Assembly (NCBI GenBank): GCA_963759415.1
Contig: CAVWZG010000003.1
Location: 735,031-799,030, forward strand
From: an uncultured Verrucomicrobiae bacterium
Lineage (GTDB): Bacteria > Verrucomicrobiota > Verrucomicrobiia > Limisphaerales > Palsa-1400
Reading direction: 5' to 3'
Length of the DNA: 64,000 nucleotides
A program made the position numbers and the translations under genes. Positions 54,357 to 64,000 of this stretch are shown one piece after another. The notes under the pieces were generated by a model. The model worked only from the letters and a program-made list of their open reading frames with translations, was not told the DNA's origin and ran no database searches. Numbering within the stretch: the first letter of the stretch is position 1; every line of letters begins with the position of its first letter.

Positions 54357-55151
54357 TCAAGTTTGAAAAATGTTTTCGCGGTGGTAACGCAGAAACTGCG
54401 GGTCGGGTTCGGCAAGTTTATCGGGCAAACGGATCGAATTGTTCTCGAACGGAACGAAATTTTGTTCAAGCGATATTTGCGGAAAAAAACTTTTCAGCCG
54501 CTTGCTCAAAACAACGCTTAACTTCTCGTCGAGTGTGATAAGTCCGCCGTCGAACGCGGCGTCGTGAATTGTTGAAAGGCAAAGTCCGTTGCGCGGGTTC
54601 AGCCGGTCATCTGGGAATCTTCCCCATGGCTTGATATGGCTGGCAACAAGCAACTCAGGCACATTGATTCCGCTGATGCAACAGCGCACATCGTAGGCAT
54701 TCAGCACCGTCTGCCGGAAAAATTGCTGTCCGCGCCGGACTTTGACCGTCGCCTGCGTTTCGGTCGGGCCAGTTGGCGTGATGAGCCGGGCCTTGTCACG
54801 CTGCAAAAAATCCACCTCTTTGGTTTCATCTTTCGTAAACAAATCATGCAGCATTTGCTCGCTCTCCGCCCCAAGCGTCGAAAGATTGCCTTGAAACTCG
54901 TGCCACATTATTTTGTCCTGCTTCGATGCTCCTTCAAGCCCTTTGACGCCGCGCGCTCGTTGAACGGGATCAAGCGAGGCGAGATTGCAAAGTTTCATGG
55001 CCAGACTGTTCGAGGTCCGTCCCATCTTGGCGGCGACTTCTTTGACAACCGCATTGTCGCGGTCAAAGCTGCCGAACGGCAGCTTACAGTACAGATTCAA
55101 CGCGATGAGCAGATGTTCGCGTGTCCATTTCACAGCCGGAGCTTTTGCCAT
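54357..55151 (-). CDS. HNH_2-type endonuclease (putative restriction endonuclease)
   Basis: CCISGINVPELLVASHIKPW...NGLCLSTIHDAAFDGGLITLDE is the PF13391-like HNH pattern. Confidence 0.8.
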   Translation of the reverse strand: MAKAPAVKWTREHLLIALNLYCKLPFGSFDRDNAVVKEVAAKMGRTSNSLAMKLCNLASLDPVQRARGVKGLEGASKQDKIMWHEFQGNLSTLGAESEQMLHDLFTKDETKEVDFLQRDKARLITPTGPTETQATVKVRRGQQFFRQTVLNAYDVRCCISGINVPELLVASHIKPWGRFPDDRLNPRNGLCLSTIHDAAFDGGLITLDEKLSVVLSKRLKSFFPQISLEQNFVPFENNSIRLPDKLAEPDPQFLRYHRENIFQT

Positions 55152-55239
55152 GCGGCCAGGCTGTCTGATTCCTTCCGAAAAAAGAAGCTGAAAAAACTTG
55201 TCCAGTCCGCCAAACTTGGCCAGGTGTATATGCCGAGCT

Positions 55240-55917
55240 ATGAATAATGAAAATGAATCGGCAACCGTACTTCCTGATTCCGCCGCCGTATTCGCGTCTG
55301 CCCTATCACTTTGGCAGGTTTGCCAAAAAGACGCCGCCAGAAACGCGAAACTAAACTTGGGCGGGTGCTACAACGGCATGGACGAATTCATGCGAGAATT
55401 GATGCGTGTTGCCAACCAATTCGAGACTTGGGCTTGTAGGCACATTGACTTCAATGAAACCCATGAAGCGTGGCCGTATTTACTGGAAAACAAATTCGGG
55501 GAAGCTTGTCTGACGGCTTTATCCCCGGCCTCGCTCAAACAATTCGCCGATTCCGACTGCCTGCGTATCGCAATGCGATTGCGTCTCCCGATAAAACTTG
55601 ATGGTGAACTTCCTGTCCCCATTGACGTGCGTTCGCCAAATCCAATAGCTGCCTCTGCCTTTCGTGAATTTCGGATTCAAACCATACGCAATTTAATTGC
55701 AGAAAGTGATGCAGTCCCATTTACTCCAGACGACGAACCGTTTGACGATAAATTCGGCAATCCTTATTTTGGGCTTTATGGCGTGGATAAAGACGGATTG
55801 CTTGAACACGTCGCCGATCGCATGACCTATGGAGACTTAGTGCGCCTTGCTGAAAAACTTGCGCCGGGTGTGAAGTTTCCTGTTTCGCCAACTCTTCTTT
55901 CCAGGCTTGCATCCTGA
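55240..55917 (+). CDS. Hypothetical protein, divergent from the HNH gene
   Basis: The ORF starts at ATG 55240 and its composition is non-shadow-like. I recognise no domain. Confidence 0.4.
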   Translation: MNNENESATVLPDSAAVFASALSLWQVCQKDAARNAKLNLGGCYNGMDEFMRELMRVANQFETWACRHIDFNETHEAWPYLLENKFGEACLTALSPASLKQFADSDCLRIAMRLRLPIKLDGELPVPIDVRSPNPIAASAFREFRIQTIRNLIAESDAVPFTPDDEPFDDKFGNPYFGLYGVDKDGLLEHVADRMTYGDLVRLAEKLAPGVKFPVSPTLLSRLAS

Positions 55918-55973
55918 CGGATTTGATGTGTCCGACAGCGGATGGCCGCGCAATCCGCCGGCCGGGAATTCAC

Positions 55974-55995
55974 GGCAGAGCGGCAGCTCTGCCCT
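55974..55995. repeat. REP-like hairpin motif GGCAGAGCGGCAGCTCTGCCCT, copy c
   Basis: Identical to copy a at 22917-22938. Confidence 0.8.
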
Positions 55996-56003
55996 CTACC
56001 CTG

Positions 56004-56088
56004 CCTTAATCTTAATCTTGCTCCTAATCCTGCTCTTCAAACTCAGGGTCGGAGATTAAGAGCAGGATTAGGATTAAGATTAAGAAGG
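56004..56088. repeat. Long imperfect hairpin of the TAATCTTAATCC family (13 + 14 bp stems, 20-nt loop)
   Basis: cttaatcttaatc (56005-56017) pairs with gattaagattaag (56072-56084). ctaatcctgctctt (56024-56037) pairs with aagagcaggattag (56058-56071). Confidence 0.85.
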
Positions 56089-56175
56089 GAAACCGCCCGC
56101 GCCGGCAGAAGCGGAATTTTAATCTTTTATCTCCGGCACCTACCCTCCATCCTTGCTCTTTGAAGGGTGAATCTA

Positions 56176-56952
56176 ATGTCAACATTCTCAATCGCGGGCA
56201 GGGAGTTCCGTTCCCGCCTGCTGCTGGGCACGGGCAAGTTCTCGTCCCCCGAATCGATGCGCCAAACTCTGGACGCCAGCGGCGCCGAAATCATCACGGT
56301 GGCGCTGCGCCGGGCGGATTTGAGCGGGGGCCGCGATCCGTTCGCCAATATCCTGGAATTTATTGATCCGGCCAAATACCTGCTCCTGCCCAACACCAGC
56401 GGCGCGCTCAACGCCGAGCAAGCGGTGCGCCTGGCCCATCTGGCCGCCGCCGCCGGCCTGCCCAAATGGATCAAATTGGAAATCCACCCCGACCCGCGCT
56501 ATTTGCTGCCCGATCCGGTGGAAACTTTGGCGGCGGCGCAAGTGCTGGTGCGCGAAGGCTTTGTCGTCCTGCCTTATATCAATGCCGATCCCGTCCTGGC
56601 CAAACGGTTGCAGGATGCCGGCACGGCCACCGTCATGCCGCTCGGATCGCCGATCGGCTCGAGCCGGGGCATCGAGACGCGGCAGCAAATTCGCATCATT
56701 ATCGAGCAGGCCACGGTGCCGGTGGTGGTCGATGCGGGATTGGGCGCTCCCAGCCACGCGGCCGAGGCGATGGAGATGGGGGCCGACGCGGTGCTGGTCA
56801 ATACCGCCATCGCGGTGGCCCAGGATCCATGCCGCATGGCCCGGGCTTTCGCGGAGGCGGTGCATTGCGGGCGCGAGGCTTATGAAGTCGGCCTGGCTCT
56901 GCCGCAAACGACCGCCAGCGCGACCAGCCCGGTGACGGCGTTCGTGAGTTAG
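56176..56952 (+). CDS. thiG: Thiazole synthase
   Basis: [21 protein letters not shown]..., [36 protein letters not shown]. Confidence 0.9.
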   Translation: MSTFSIAGREFRSRLLLGTGKFSSPESMRQTLDASGAEIITVALRRADLSGGRDPFANILEFIDPAKYLLLPNTSGALNAEQAVRLAHLAAAAGLPKWIKLEIHPDPRYLLPDPVETLAAAQVLVREGFVVLPYINADPVLAKRLQDAGTATVMPLGSPIGSSRGIETRQQIRIIIEQATVPVVVDAGLGAPSHAAEAMEMGADAVLVNTAIAVAQDPCRMARAFAEAVHCGREAYEVGLALPQTTASATSPVTAFVS

Positions 56953-56961
56953 GTTTCCGCG

Positions 56962-57732
56962 ATGACCGCCGACAAGGTAAACAAAATTCGCGCCATGAAA
57001 GGCCGGCAACCTATCGCCGCCCTGACGGCCTACGATTTCCCCATGGCCAGGTTGCTCGATGCCGCGGGCATCCCGTTGCTCTTGGTCGGCGACTCGTTGG
57101 GGATGGTGGTTTTGGGCTATCCGGACACCACTTGCGTGACGATGGAAGAAATGGAACATCACGTGCGCGCCGCCGCCCGCGCCAAACCGCAGGGATTGCT
57201 GGTGGCTGACATGCCTTTCGGCACTTGCGCGACTCTGGCCAAGGCGTTGGAGAGCGCCCGCCGTTTAATCGCGGCCGGGGCGGAGGCGGTCAAAGTCGAG
57301 GGCGGACGGGGCATCCTGCCGCAAATCCAGGCGATCATTGGCGATGGCATTCCGCTGCTGGGCCACTTGGGCATGCTGCCGCAAAACGCGGTCATCGAAG
57401 GCGGCTACCATGTCAAAGGCAAAACAGAGGACGAACGTCTCGGGCTGATGGCGGACGCGATGGTTTTGGCGGAGGCGGGCGCGTTTGGGGTGGTGCTGGA
57501 ATTGGTGACGGCCTCCGTGGCGCGGGAGATTACGGCCAAGATTCCCATTCCCACCATTGGCATCGGCGCCGGTTCCCATTGCGACGGCCAGATCCTGGTC
57601 ACGACGGATTTGCTGGGCACCTCGCCCGGTCCCGTTCCCCGGCACGTGCAAAAGAATTGGCGTTTTGCGGAACAAATGCGCGCGGCGGTGGTTGAATGGA
57701 TGGAGAGCGTGGTTCACCCCGACCGCCCATGA
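56962..57732 (+). CDS. panB: 3-methyl-2-oxobutanoate hydroxymethyltransferase
   Basis: LTAYDFPMARLLDAAGIPLLLVGDSLGMVVLGY, AVKVEGG, IGIGAG..CDGQILV. Confidence 0.9.
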   Translation: MTADKVNKIRAMKGRQPIAALTAYDFPMARLLDAAGIPLLLVGDSLGMVVLGYPDTTCVTMEEMEHHVRAAARAKPQGLLVADMPFGTCATLAKALESARRLIAAGAEAVKVEGGRGILPQIQAIIGDGIPLLGHLGMLPQNAVIEGGYHVKGKTEDERLGLMADAMVLAEAGAFGVVLELVTASVAREITAKIPIPTIGIGAGSHCDGQILVTTDLLGTSPGPVPRHVQKNWRFAEQMRAAVVEWMESVVHPDRP

Positions 57733-58181
57733 AGAAATTTTCTCATTTGAACGCGCGTGGAGAGGCCAGCATGGTGGATGTCTCCGCCAAACCGGCCGTC
57801 AGCCGGGAAGCGGTGGCACGGGGGGCCATTCTTTTGCAACCGGCCACCCTCGCGGCCATCGAGAAGGATGAAGTGGCCAAGGGGAATGTTTTCGCCTGCG
57901 CGCGCCTGGCGGGAATTCTGGCCGCCAAGAAAACGGGCGACCTGATTCCTCTCTGCCATCCTTTGAACATCGCCCATGCCTCGGTCGAGTTTGAAATTCC
58001 ACCGGCCCGCGACCGCGTGGTCATCACGGCGGCGGCCCGGATCACGGCGGCCACCGGGGTGGAGATGGAGGCGCTGACGGCCGTGAGCGTGGCCGCGCTG
58101 ACCATCTACGACATGTGCAAGGCGCTGGACTCCACCATGCGCATCACCGACATCGCACTGGTGTCAAAAATAAAGAAATAA
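57729..58181 (+). CDS. moaC: Cyclic pyranopterin monophosphate synthase
   Basis: MVDVSAKP..., KGNVFACARLAGILAAKKTGDLIPLCHPL, GVEMEALTAVSVAALTIYDMCKA. Confidence 0.9.
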   Translation: MKKFSHLNARGEASMVDVSAKPAVSREAVARGAILLQPATLAAIEKDEVAKGNVFACARLAGILAAKKTGDLIPLCHPLNIAHASVEFEIPPARDRVVITAAARITAATGVEMEALTAVSVAALTIYDMCKALDSTMRITDIALVSKIKK

Positions 58182-58663
58182 TGCAAATCCTGGCTGGTAT
58201 TGTCACCATATCCGATCGCGCCTCGCGCGGTCTTTACGAAGACCTGGGCGGGCCGGCCTTGCGCCAGGCGACCGTGGCGCTGGACTGGAAAGTCCTGGTC
58301 GAGACGCTGGTGCCCGACGAAAAGCGCGATATTCAGCGCGCCATTAACGAGCAAATCACCAAAGGCTGCCACGTCATCCTGACCACCGGCGGCACGGGTG
58401 CGGCCGCGCGCGATGTCACGCCCGAGGCGGTGCGGGAAATCGCCGCGCGCGAACTGCCGGGCTTTGGCGAGGCGATGCGGATGCAATCCATGAAGATCAC
58501 CCCCAACGCGATTTTGTCCCGCAACCTGGCGGCAGTGGTAGGCAAGACGCTGGTGATTTGCCTGCCCGGCAAGCCGGCCGGCGCGGTGGAATGTTTGGGA
58601 TTTGTGGCGGCGGCGGTGCCGCATTGCATTGAGGTGTTGCAGGAATTTCAAACCAATTGTTGA
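58181..58663 (+). CDS. mog: Molybdopterin adenylyltransferase (Mog/MoaB family)
   Basis: VTISDRASRGLYEDLGGPAL, ILTTGGTGAAARDVTPEA, PGFGEAMR. The start overlaps the moaC stop (TAATG). Confidence 0.85.
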   Translation: MQILAGIVTISDRASRGLYEDLGGPALRQATVALDWKVLVETLVPDEKRDIQRAINEQITKGCHVILTTGGTGAAARDVTPEAVREIAARELPGFGEAMRMQSMKITPNAILSRNLAAVVGKTLVICLPGKPAGAVECLGFVAAAVPHCIEVLQEFQTNC

Positions 58664-58665
58664 CC

Positions 58666-59046
58666 ATGCGCAAGGCGGTGTTTTGCATATTGCTGGCCGT
58701 CCTGGCCGGCGCGGGCTGCGCCAGCCGGAAAGAGGCGCAACTGCAAGCCCGCCAGGCCTACGTGGCCGGACAGCAACAGGCCATGCAATCCGCCGCGCAA
58801 GCCCGGCAGCAGCAAGGGCCGGCGGTCTTCGTGCAGGGGCCGGTGCGCAACCCGTCGGTGCCGTGGCAGGAAGGGATGAAATTGAGCGAGGCCGTTGTGG
58901 CGGCCAATTACACCGGCTACATGAACCCGGCGCTCGTCCGGGTGCTGCGCAACGGCCAGGTCGCCGGAGAATTCAAAGGCATCGATCTTCTGCGCCACGA
59001 AGACATGGAATTGGAACAGGGCGACACCATCATCATCGTGCCGTAA
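58666..59046 (+). CDS. Lipoprotein, function unknown (SLBB-like C-terminus possible)
   Basis: MRKAVFCILLAVLAGAGC lipobox. The remainder is not confidently assigned. Confidence 0.5.
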   Translation: MRKAVFCILLAVLAGAGCASRKEAQLQARQAYVAGQQQAMQSAAQARQQQGPAVFVQGPVRNPSVPWQEGMKLSEAVVAANYTGYMNPALVRVLRNGQVAGEFKGIDLLRHEDMELEQGDTIIIVP

Positions 59047-59124
59047 ATCTTAATCTTAATCCTAATCCTACTCTTAACCCGGCTGAATCGGAAGCGGATT
59101 ACGATTAGGATTAAGATTACGAGG
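59046..59124. repeat. Second hairpin of the TAATCTTAATCC family (17-bp perfect stem)
   Basis: taatcttaatcctaatc (59051-59067) pairs with gattaggattaagatta (59103-59119). Confidence 0.85.
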
Positions 59125-59151
59125 GGAACCCCAAAAAAGTTTCCCCTTTTT
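59122..59151 (+). terminator. Candidate intrinsic terminator after the lipoprotein gene
   Basis: aggggaa (59122-59128) pairs with ttcccct (59141-59147), followed by a T-run to 59151. The stem is short. Confidence 0.35.
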
Positions 59152-59158
59152 CCCGGCG

Positions 59159-59186
59159 TTGACATCTGGCGGTGCTGGCCTACTCT
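59159..59186 (+). promoter_or_regulatory. Sigma70-like promoter candidate for the suf operon
   Basis: TTGACA (59159-59164), 16-nt spacer, TACTCT (59181-59186), 25 nt upstream of the sufB ATG. Confidence 0.4.
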
Positions 59187-59191
59187 GTAAG

Positions 59192-59208
59192 CGGACTAAA
59201 TTAGTCCG
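59192..59208. promoter_or_regulatory. 17-nt palindrome cggactaaattagtccg between the promoter candidate and the sufB start (operator or 5' UTR hairpin candidate)
   Basis: Perfect 8-bp arms around a central A. It ends 2 nt before the ATG. Confidence 0.35.
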
Positions 59209-59210
59209 AT

Positions 59211-60656
59211 ATGGATGCCACTACTGATACAATCGAGAGTTTTGTCAAATCCGAGTACAAATACGGGTTCGTGAGCGAGATCGAGACGGATGCCTTTCCG
59301 CCGGGACTGAGCGAAGAGGTCGTGCGCCGCATCGCGCAGACCAAGGGCGAGCCGGATTTCATGCTGGAATGGCGCCTCAAGGCCTACCGCCAATGGCTGA
59401 CCATGCAGGAACCGCATTGGGCCAACGTCACCTATCCGCCCATCGATTATCAGGGCTATATCTATTACGCCGCGCCCAAGCCGAAGAAAAAACTGGGCAG
59501 CCTGGACGAAGTCGATCCGGAAGTGCGCGCCATGTTCGATAAATTGGGCATTTCGCTCGATGAACAAAAGCGCCTCTCCAACGTGGCGGTAGATGCGGTG
59601 CTCGATAGCGCCTCGGTGGCTACGACCTTCCGGGAGGAACTGGCCAAAGTGGGCGTCATCTTTTGCTCCTTCTCCGAGGCGGTGAAACATCATCCCGACT
59701 TGGTCAAAAAATATCTGGGCACGGTGGTGCCGCATAACGACAATTTTTTCGCCTCCTTGAATGCGGCCGTTTTCAGCGACGGCTCGTTTTGCTACGTGCC
59801 CAAGGGCGTGCGCTGTCCGATGGAGCTTTCGACTTATTTCCGCATGAACACCGCCGGCGCGGGGCAATTCGAGCGCACCTTGCTCATCGCCGACGAGGGC
59901 AGTTACGTCAGCTACCTGGAGGGCTGCACGGCGCCCATGCGCGACACCAACCAGTTGCACGCGGCGGTGGTGGAATTGATCGCCATGGAAGGCGCGGAGA
60001 TCAAATACTCGACCGTGCAGAATTGGTATCCCGGCGACGAGCAGGGCCGGGGCGGCATCTATAATTTCGTCACCAAACGGGGCAAATGCGCGGGGCGCAA
60101 CTCGAAGATTTCCTGGACGCAGGTGGAAACCGGCTCGGCCATCACCTGGAAATACCCCAGCGTGCTCTTGCTGGGCGACAACTCGGTGGGCGAATTTTAT
60201 TCCGTCGCGCTGACCAACCACCGTCAGCAGGCCGACACGGGAACCAAGATGATTCACGTCGGGCGCAACACCACCAGCACCATTGTCTCCAAGGGCATTT
60301 CCGCCGGGCGCGGCCAGAACAGCTATCGCGGGTTGGTGAAAATCCGCCCCACCGCCGCGCACGCCCGCAATTATTCACAGTGCGATTCGCTGCTCCTGGG
60401 CGACAAGTGCGGCGCGCACACCTTCCCCTATCTGGAGGTGGGCAACAGCACGGCGACCGTCGAGCACGAGGCCTCCACCTCCAAGATCGGCGAGGACCAG
60501 ATTTTTTACTGCAATCAGCGCGGCATTGCCACCCAGGACGCCATTAATATGATTGTCAACGGATACTGCAAGGAAGTCTTCAAACACCTGCCGATGGAAT
60601 TCGCCGTCGAGGCCCAAAAGCTCCTCGGCGTCAGTTTGGAAGGCAGCGTTGGTTGA
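59211..60656 (+). CDS. sufB: Fe-S cluster assembly scaffold SufB
   Basis: [34 protein letters not shown] and the conserved C-terminal half. Confidence 0.9.
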   Translation: MDATTDTIESFVKSEYKYGFVSEIETDAFPPGLSEEVVRRIAQTKGEPDFMLEWRLKAYRQWLTMQEPHWANVTYPPIDYQGYIYYAAPKPKKKLGSLDEVDPEVRAMFDKLGISLDEQKRLSNVAVDAVLDSASVATTFREELAKVGVIFCSFSEAVKHHPDLVKKYLGTVVPHNDNFFASLNAAVFSDGSFCYVPKGVRCPMELSTYFRMNTAGAGQFERTLLIADEGSYVSYLEGCTAPMRDTNQLHAAVVELIAMEGAEIKYSTVQNWYPGDEQGRGGIYNFVTKRGKCAGRNSKISWTQVETGSAITWKYPSVLLLGDNSVGEFYSVALTNHRQQADTGTKMIHVGRNTTSTIVSKGISAGRGQNSYRGLVKIRPTAAHARNYSQCDSLLLGDKCGAHTFPYLEVGNSTATVEHEASTSKIGEDQIFYCNQRGIATQDAINMIVNGYCKEVFKHLPMEFAVEAQKLLGVSLEGSVG

Positions 60657-60699
60657 TTTTGTGCTTAACGACAAGCCATCCAAACAATAACAATCAGAT

Positions 60700-61464
60700 A
60701 TGCTGGAAATTCGCAATTTATCCGCCGGCGTGGACGGCAAGGAAATCCTGAAAGGACTCAACCTTTCCGTGCAGGCGGGGGAAGTCCACGCCATCATGGG
60801 GCCTAACGGCAGCGGCAAGAGCACCCTGGCCCAGGTGCTGGCCGGCCGGGCCGATTATCAAGTCACCGCCGGCAGCGTCACCTTCAACGGTGTTTCCCTT
60901 CTGGAACTCAAGCCGGAGGAGCGGGCGCGGGCGGGGGTTTTTCTCGCCTTCCAGTACCCGGTGGAGATTCCCGGCGTCAACAGCACCGTCTTCCTCAAGG
61001 CCGCGCTCAACGAATGCCGCAAAGCGCGCGGCGAAGAGGAACTGGACGCGGTGGAGTTCCTGGCCATGGTCAAGAAGAAGACAAAACTGCTCGAACTCGA
61101 TCCGGCCCTGCTTAACCGCGCGGTCAACGAGGGCTTTTCCGGCGGCGAAAAAAAGCGCAACGAGGTGTTTCAAATGGCCGTCCTGGAACCCAAGCTCGCC
61201 ATCCTCGATGAAACCGATTCCGGGCTGGACATCGACGCCCTCAAGATCGTCTCCAACGGTGTCAATAAACTGCGCCGCCCGGACAACGCCGCGCTGGTCA
61301 TCACCCATTATCAACGCCTGTTGAATTACATCGTCCCCGACTTCGTTCACGTGCTCGTGCAGGGGCAGATCGTCAAGTCCGGCGGCAAGGAACTGGCGCT
61401 GGAATTGGAGGAGCGGGGTTACGATTGGCTTCTTGAAGGCGCCGCCGCCAATGGAAAAGCATGA
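60700..61464 (+). CDS. sufC: Fe-S cluster assembly ATPase SufC
   Basis: GPNGSGKSTLAQVLAGR, FSGGEKKRNEVFQ, LAILDETDSGLDIDAL. Confidence 0.9.
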   Translation: MLEIRNLSAGVDGKEILKGLNLSVQAGEVHAIMGPNGSGKSTLAQVLAGRADYQVTAGSVTFNGVSLLELKPEERARAGVFLAFQYPVEIPGVNSTVFLKAALNECRKARGEEELDAVEFLAMVKKKTKLLELDPALLNRAVNEGFSGGEKKRNEVFQMAVLEPKLAILDETDSGLDIDALKIVSNGVNKLRRPDNAALVITHYQRLLNYIVPDFVHVLVQGQIVKSGGKELALELEERGYDWLLEGAAANGKA

Positions 61465-62804
61465 TGGATACACTTGCCCAAACGGAGCCTAGACCGGCCG
61501 CCGCCGCTTTTTTCGAAGGCGCGTTGGGGCCTGGCCCGGCCTGGCTGCAAGTGTTGCGCCAGAAGGCGCGGACGCGGCTGGGTGAAATCGGATTTCCCAC
61601 CACGGCGCAGGAAGAATGGCGTTTCACCAACGTCGCGCCGCTGCTGCAATGGCCCCTGCATGTCCCCGAAAACGGCGCCTGCCGGGTCGGCCCGGCGGAC
61701 ATCGAAGCGTTTCGACTGGCCGGCGACGGCTATTGCGTGGTGTTTGTCGATGGGCGGTTTCGCCCGGAATTGTCCACCCTGCCCGGACGCGGCGCTCTCC
61801 TGCAAGCGGGCAGTTTGCGGGCGCAATGGGAAGGCGATGGCCGCGAATTGGAAAAGCATCTGGCCCGCCACGCCAGCGGCGGCGCCCAATTTTTTACCGC
61901 GCTGAACACGGTTTGCTTTGAGGACGGCGCCTATGTCTTGGTGCCGGCCGACGCCGTGGTCGAGCAGCCGGTGCAACTGCTCTATCTCGCCGTTTCCGAC
62001 CGGCCCGGGGCGGCCGTTCACCCGCGCAATCTGATTGTGGCGCAGCAGGGCAGCTCGGTGAAAATCATTGAAACCTACGCCAGCCTTACCGAAGCGCCGC
62101 ACCTGACCAACGCCGTGACGGAATTGGCCATCGGCCCCGAGGCGCGCGTCGAGCATTGCCGGCTGCAAGACGAAAGCGAGCACGCTTTTCACATCGCCGA
62201 GGTGCAGGCGGCCCAAAGCAGGGGCAGCCATTGGCTCTCGCATTCCATCGCCACCGGCGCGCGCCTGGCCCGCAATCAGATTCAGACTGCGCTTGGCGGC
62301 GAAGGCGCGGAAGCCATCCTCAACGGACTTTTCCTGGCGCGGGGCGAACAGTTGATCGATCATCACACCGTCGTCGATCACGTGCAACCGCATTGCGAAA
62401 GCCACGAATTTTATTACGGCATTCTGGCCGGCCACGCGCACGGGGTCTTCAACGGCAAAATATTCGTCCGCCCGGACGCGCAAAAGACCAACGCCAGGCA
62501 AACCAACCGCAACCTCCTGCTCTCGGAGCACGCCGTCATCAACACCAAGCCGCAGTTGGAAATTTTCGCCGATGATGTCAAATGCACGCATGGCGCCACC
62601 GTCGGCCAGTTGAACGACGAGGCGCTTTTCTACCTGCGCTCACGTGGCATCGGGGCCGCCCTGGCGCGGCGGATGCTGGTGCGCGCCTTCGCCCAGGACG
62701 CGGTGGAGCGCGTCACCCTGGCGCCCGTGCGCGCGCACCTGGAACAATTATTGACAGAACGGTTCGAGGGCCTTGATGCCTCGCTTTCTTCCCATGTCGG
62801 ATGA
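61461..62804 (+). CDS. sufD: Fe-S cluster assembly protein SufD
   Basis: It follows sufC with an ATGA overlap. The C-terminal half (QLEIFADDVKCTHGATVGQL) is SufB/D-like. Confidence 0.85.
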   Translation: MMDTLAQTEPRPAAAAFFEGALGPGPAWLQVLRQKARTRLGEIGFPTTAQEEWRFTNVAPLLQWPLHVPENGACRVGPADIEAFRLAGDGYCVVFVDGRFRPELSTLPGRGALLQAGSLRAQWEGDGRELEKHLARHASGGAQFFTALNTVCFEDGAYVLVPADAVVEQPVQLLYLAVSDRPGAAVHPRNLIVAQQGSSVKIIETYASLTEAPHLTNAVTELAIGPEARVEHCRLQDESEHAFHIAEVQAAQSRGSHWLSHSIATGARLARNQIQTALGGEGAEAILNGLFLARGEQLIDHHTVVDHVQPHCESHEFYYGILAGHAHGVFNGKIFVRPDAQKTNARQTNRNLLLSEHAVINTKPQLEIFADDVKCTHGATVGQLNDEALFYLRSRGIGAALARRMLVRAFAQDAVERVTLAPVRAHLEQLLTERFEGLDASLSSHVG

Positions 62805-63243
62805 CCTGAACGAACTTTACCAGGAGGTGATCCTGGATCACAGCCGCAAGCCGCGCCACTTCCACGTCCTGCCGGAGGCCAACCGCATGGCGGAAGGCAA
62901 CAATCCGCTCTGCGGCGATCGTTACACCGTTTTTCTCAAGCTCGAAGACGGCATCATCCGCGACATCAGCTTTCAAGGTTCCGGCTGCGCCATTTCCAAG
63001 GCGGCGGCTTCCATGATGACCGATCAACTCAAGGGCAAGACCGCCGCCGAGGCCCGCCGCTACTTCAGTCAATACCAAAACATGGTCAGGACCGGCCAGG
63101 CGGACGAGGAGGCGATGGGCAAATTGTGCGCTTTCGCCGGCGTTCACCACTTTCCGATGCGGGTTAAATGCGCCATATTACCCTGGCATGCCATGCTCGC
63201 CGGGCTGGATGGCCAGACGAGCGTCTCCACGGATGTCCCTTGA
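62794..63243 (+). CDS. sufU: SufU/IscU-like Fe-S assembly (sulfur acceptor) protein
   Basis: LYQEVILDHSRKPRHF, NPLCGDRYTVFL, GSGCAISKAAASMMT. Confidence 0.8.
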   Translation: MSDDLNELYQEVILDHSRKPRHFHVLPEANRMAEGNNPLCGDRYTVFLKLEDGIIRDISFQGSGCAISKAAASMMTDQLKGKTAAEARRYFSQYQNMVRTGQADEEAMGKLCAFAGVHHFPMRVKCAILPWHAMLAGLDGQTSVSTDVP

Positions 63244-63249
63244 ACGGCC

Positions 63250-64000
<751 letters not shown>

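Noticed and set aside
55918-56175. Possible TPP riboswitch upstream of thiG
   Set aside because: I could not find the conserved CUGAGA / ACCUGAUCUGGAUAAUGCCAGCG-type core. The region is occupied by the REP motif and the long hairpin instead.
56188-57162. 324-aa minus-strand ORF
   Set aside because: It is antisense to thiG and panB.
59196-62591. Minus-strand ORFs 59196..60362 and 61419..62591
   Set aside because: They are antisense to sufB and sufD.

Overview
GC-rich bacterial chromosomal window. The gene content (DUF2723 membrane protein, tandem PL8 lyases, PMP/choice-of-anchor-Q beta-helix protein, Tat-signal enzymes, many dispersed REP-like hairpins) suggests a PVC-group organism (Verrucomicrobiota/Planctomycetota-like); that assignment is inference only.

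Layout:
- 1-19.6 kb is transcribed entirely on the minus strand. It holds a giant RHS/YD-repeat surface protein that runs off the left edge, a frameshifted IPT/TIG + C39-like peptidase gene, a LuxR-type regulator, and then a tightly coupled defence-type operon.
- The operon order is: excisionase-type HTH > PLD-SNF2 helicase > ~1200-aa N6A methyltransferase > ABC-type ATPase > DUF4276-like > DUF262/DUF1524 (GmrSD-like) > short cNMP-binding-like ORF. This is the best candidate for an undescribed system. Its parts resemble DISARM, PARIS/OLD and type IV restriction pieces, but the hallmark partners of those systems are absent.
- 20-48 kb mixes housekeeping and accessory genes: a PQQ sugar dehydrogenase, higA with a decayed higB, two PL8 lyases, VanZ/ComEC, a DnaQ-like exonuclease, VapB with an amber-disrupted VapC, PadR, a HEPN/MNT pair, an amidohydrolase, a cupin, ald, DUF2723, a PMP-repeat protein, and an SSS transporter with galK.
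- 48-64 kb holds a single-chain MmeI-like Type IIG RM enzyme, a HAD hydrolase, gnd, an intact VapBC pair, an HNH_2 endonuclease, thiG, panB, moaC, mog and a sufBCDUTS operon that runs off the right edge.

I recognised no rRNA, tRNA, CRISPR array, integrase or transposase, but detection by eye is weak for tRNAs. The supplied ORF track omits two edge-truncated genes (the RHS gene and sufS). It also contains many long antisense or off-frame ORFs typical of GC-rich DNA. Four genes carry frame or nonsense lesions (C39-like, higB, VanZ-like, vapC). I cannot tell from the sequence alone whether these are real decay or sequencing errors.
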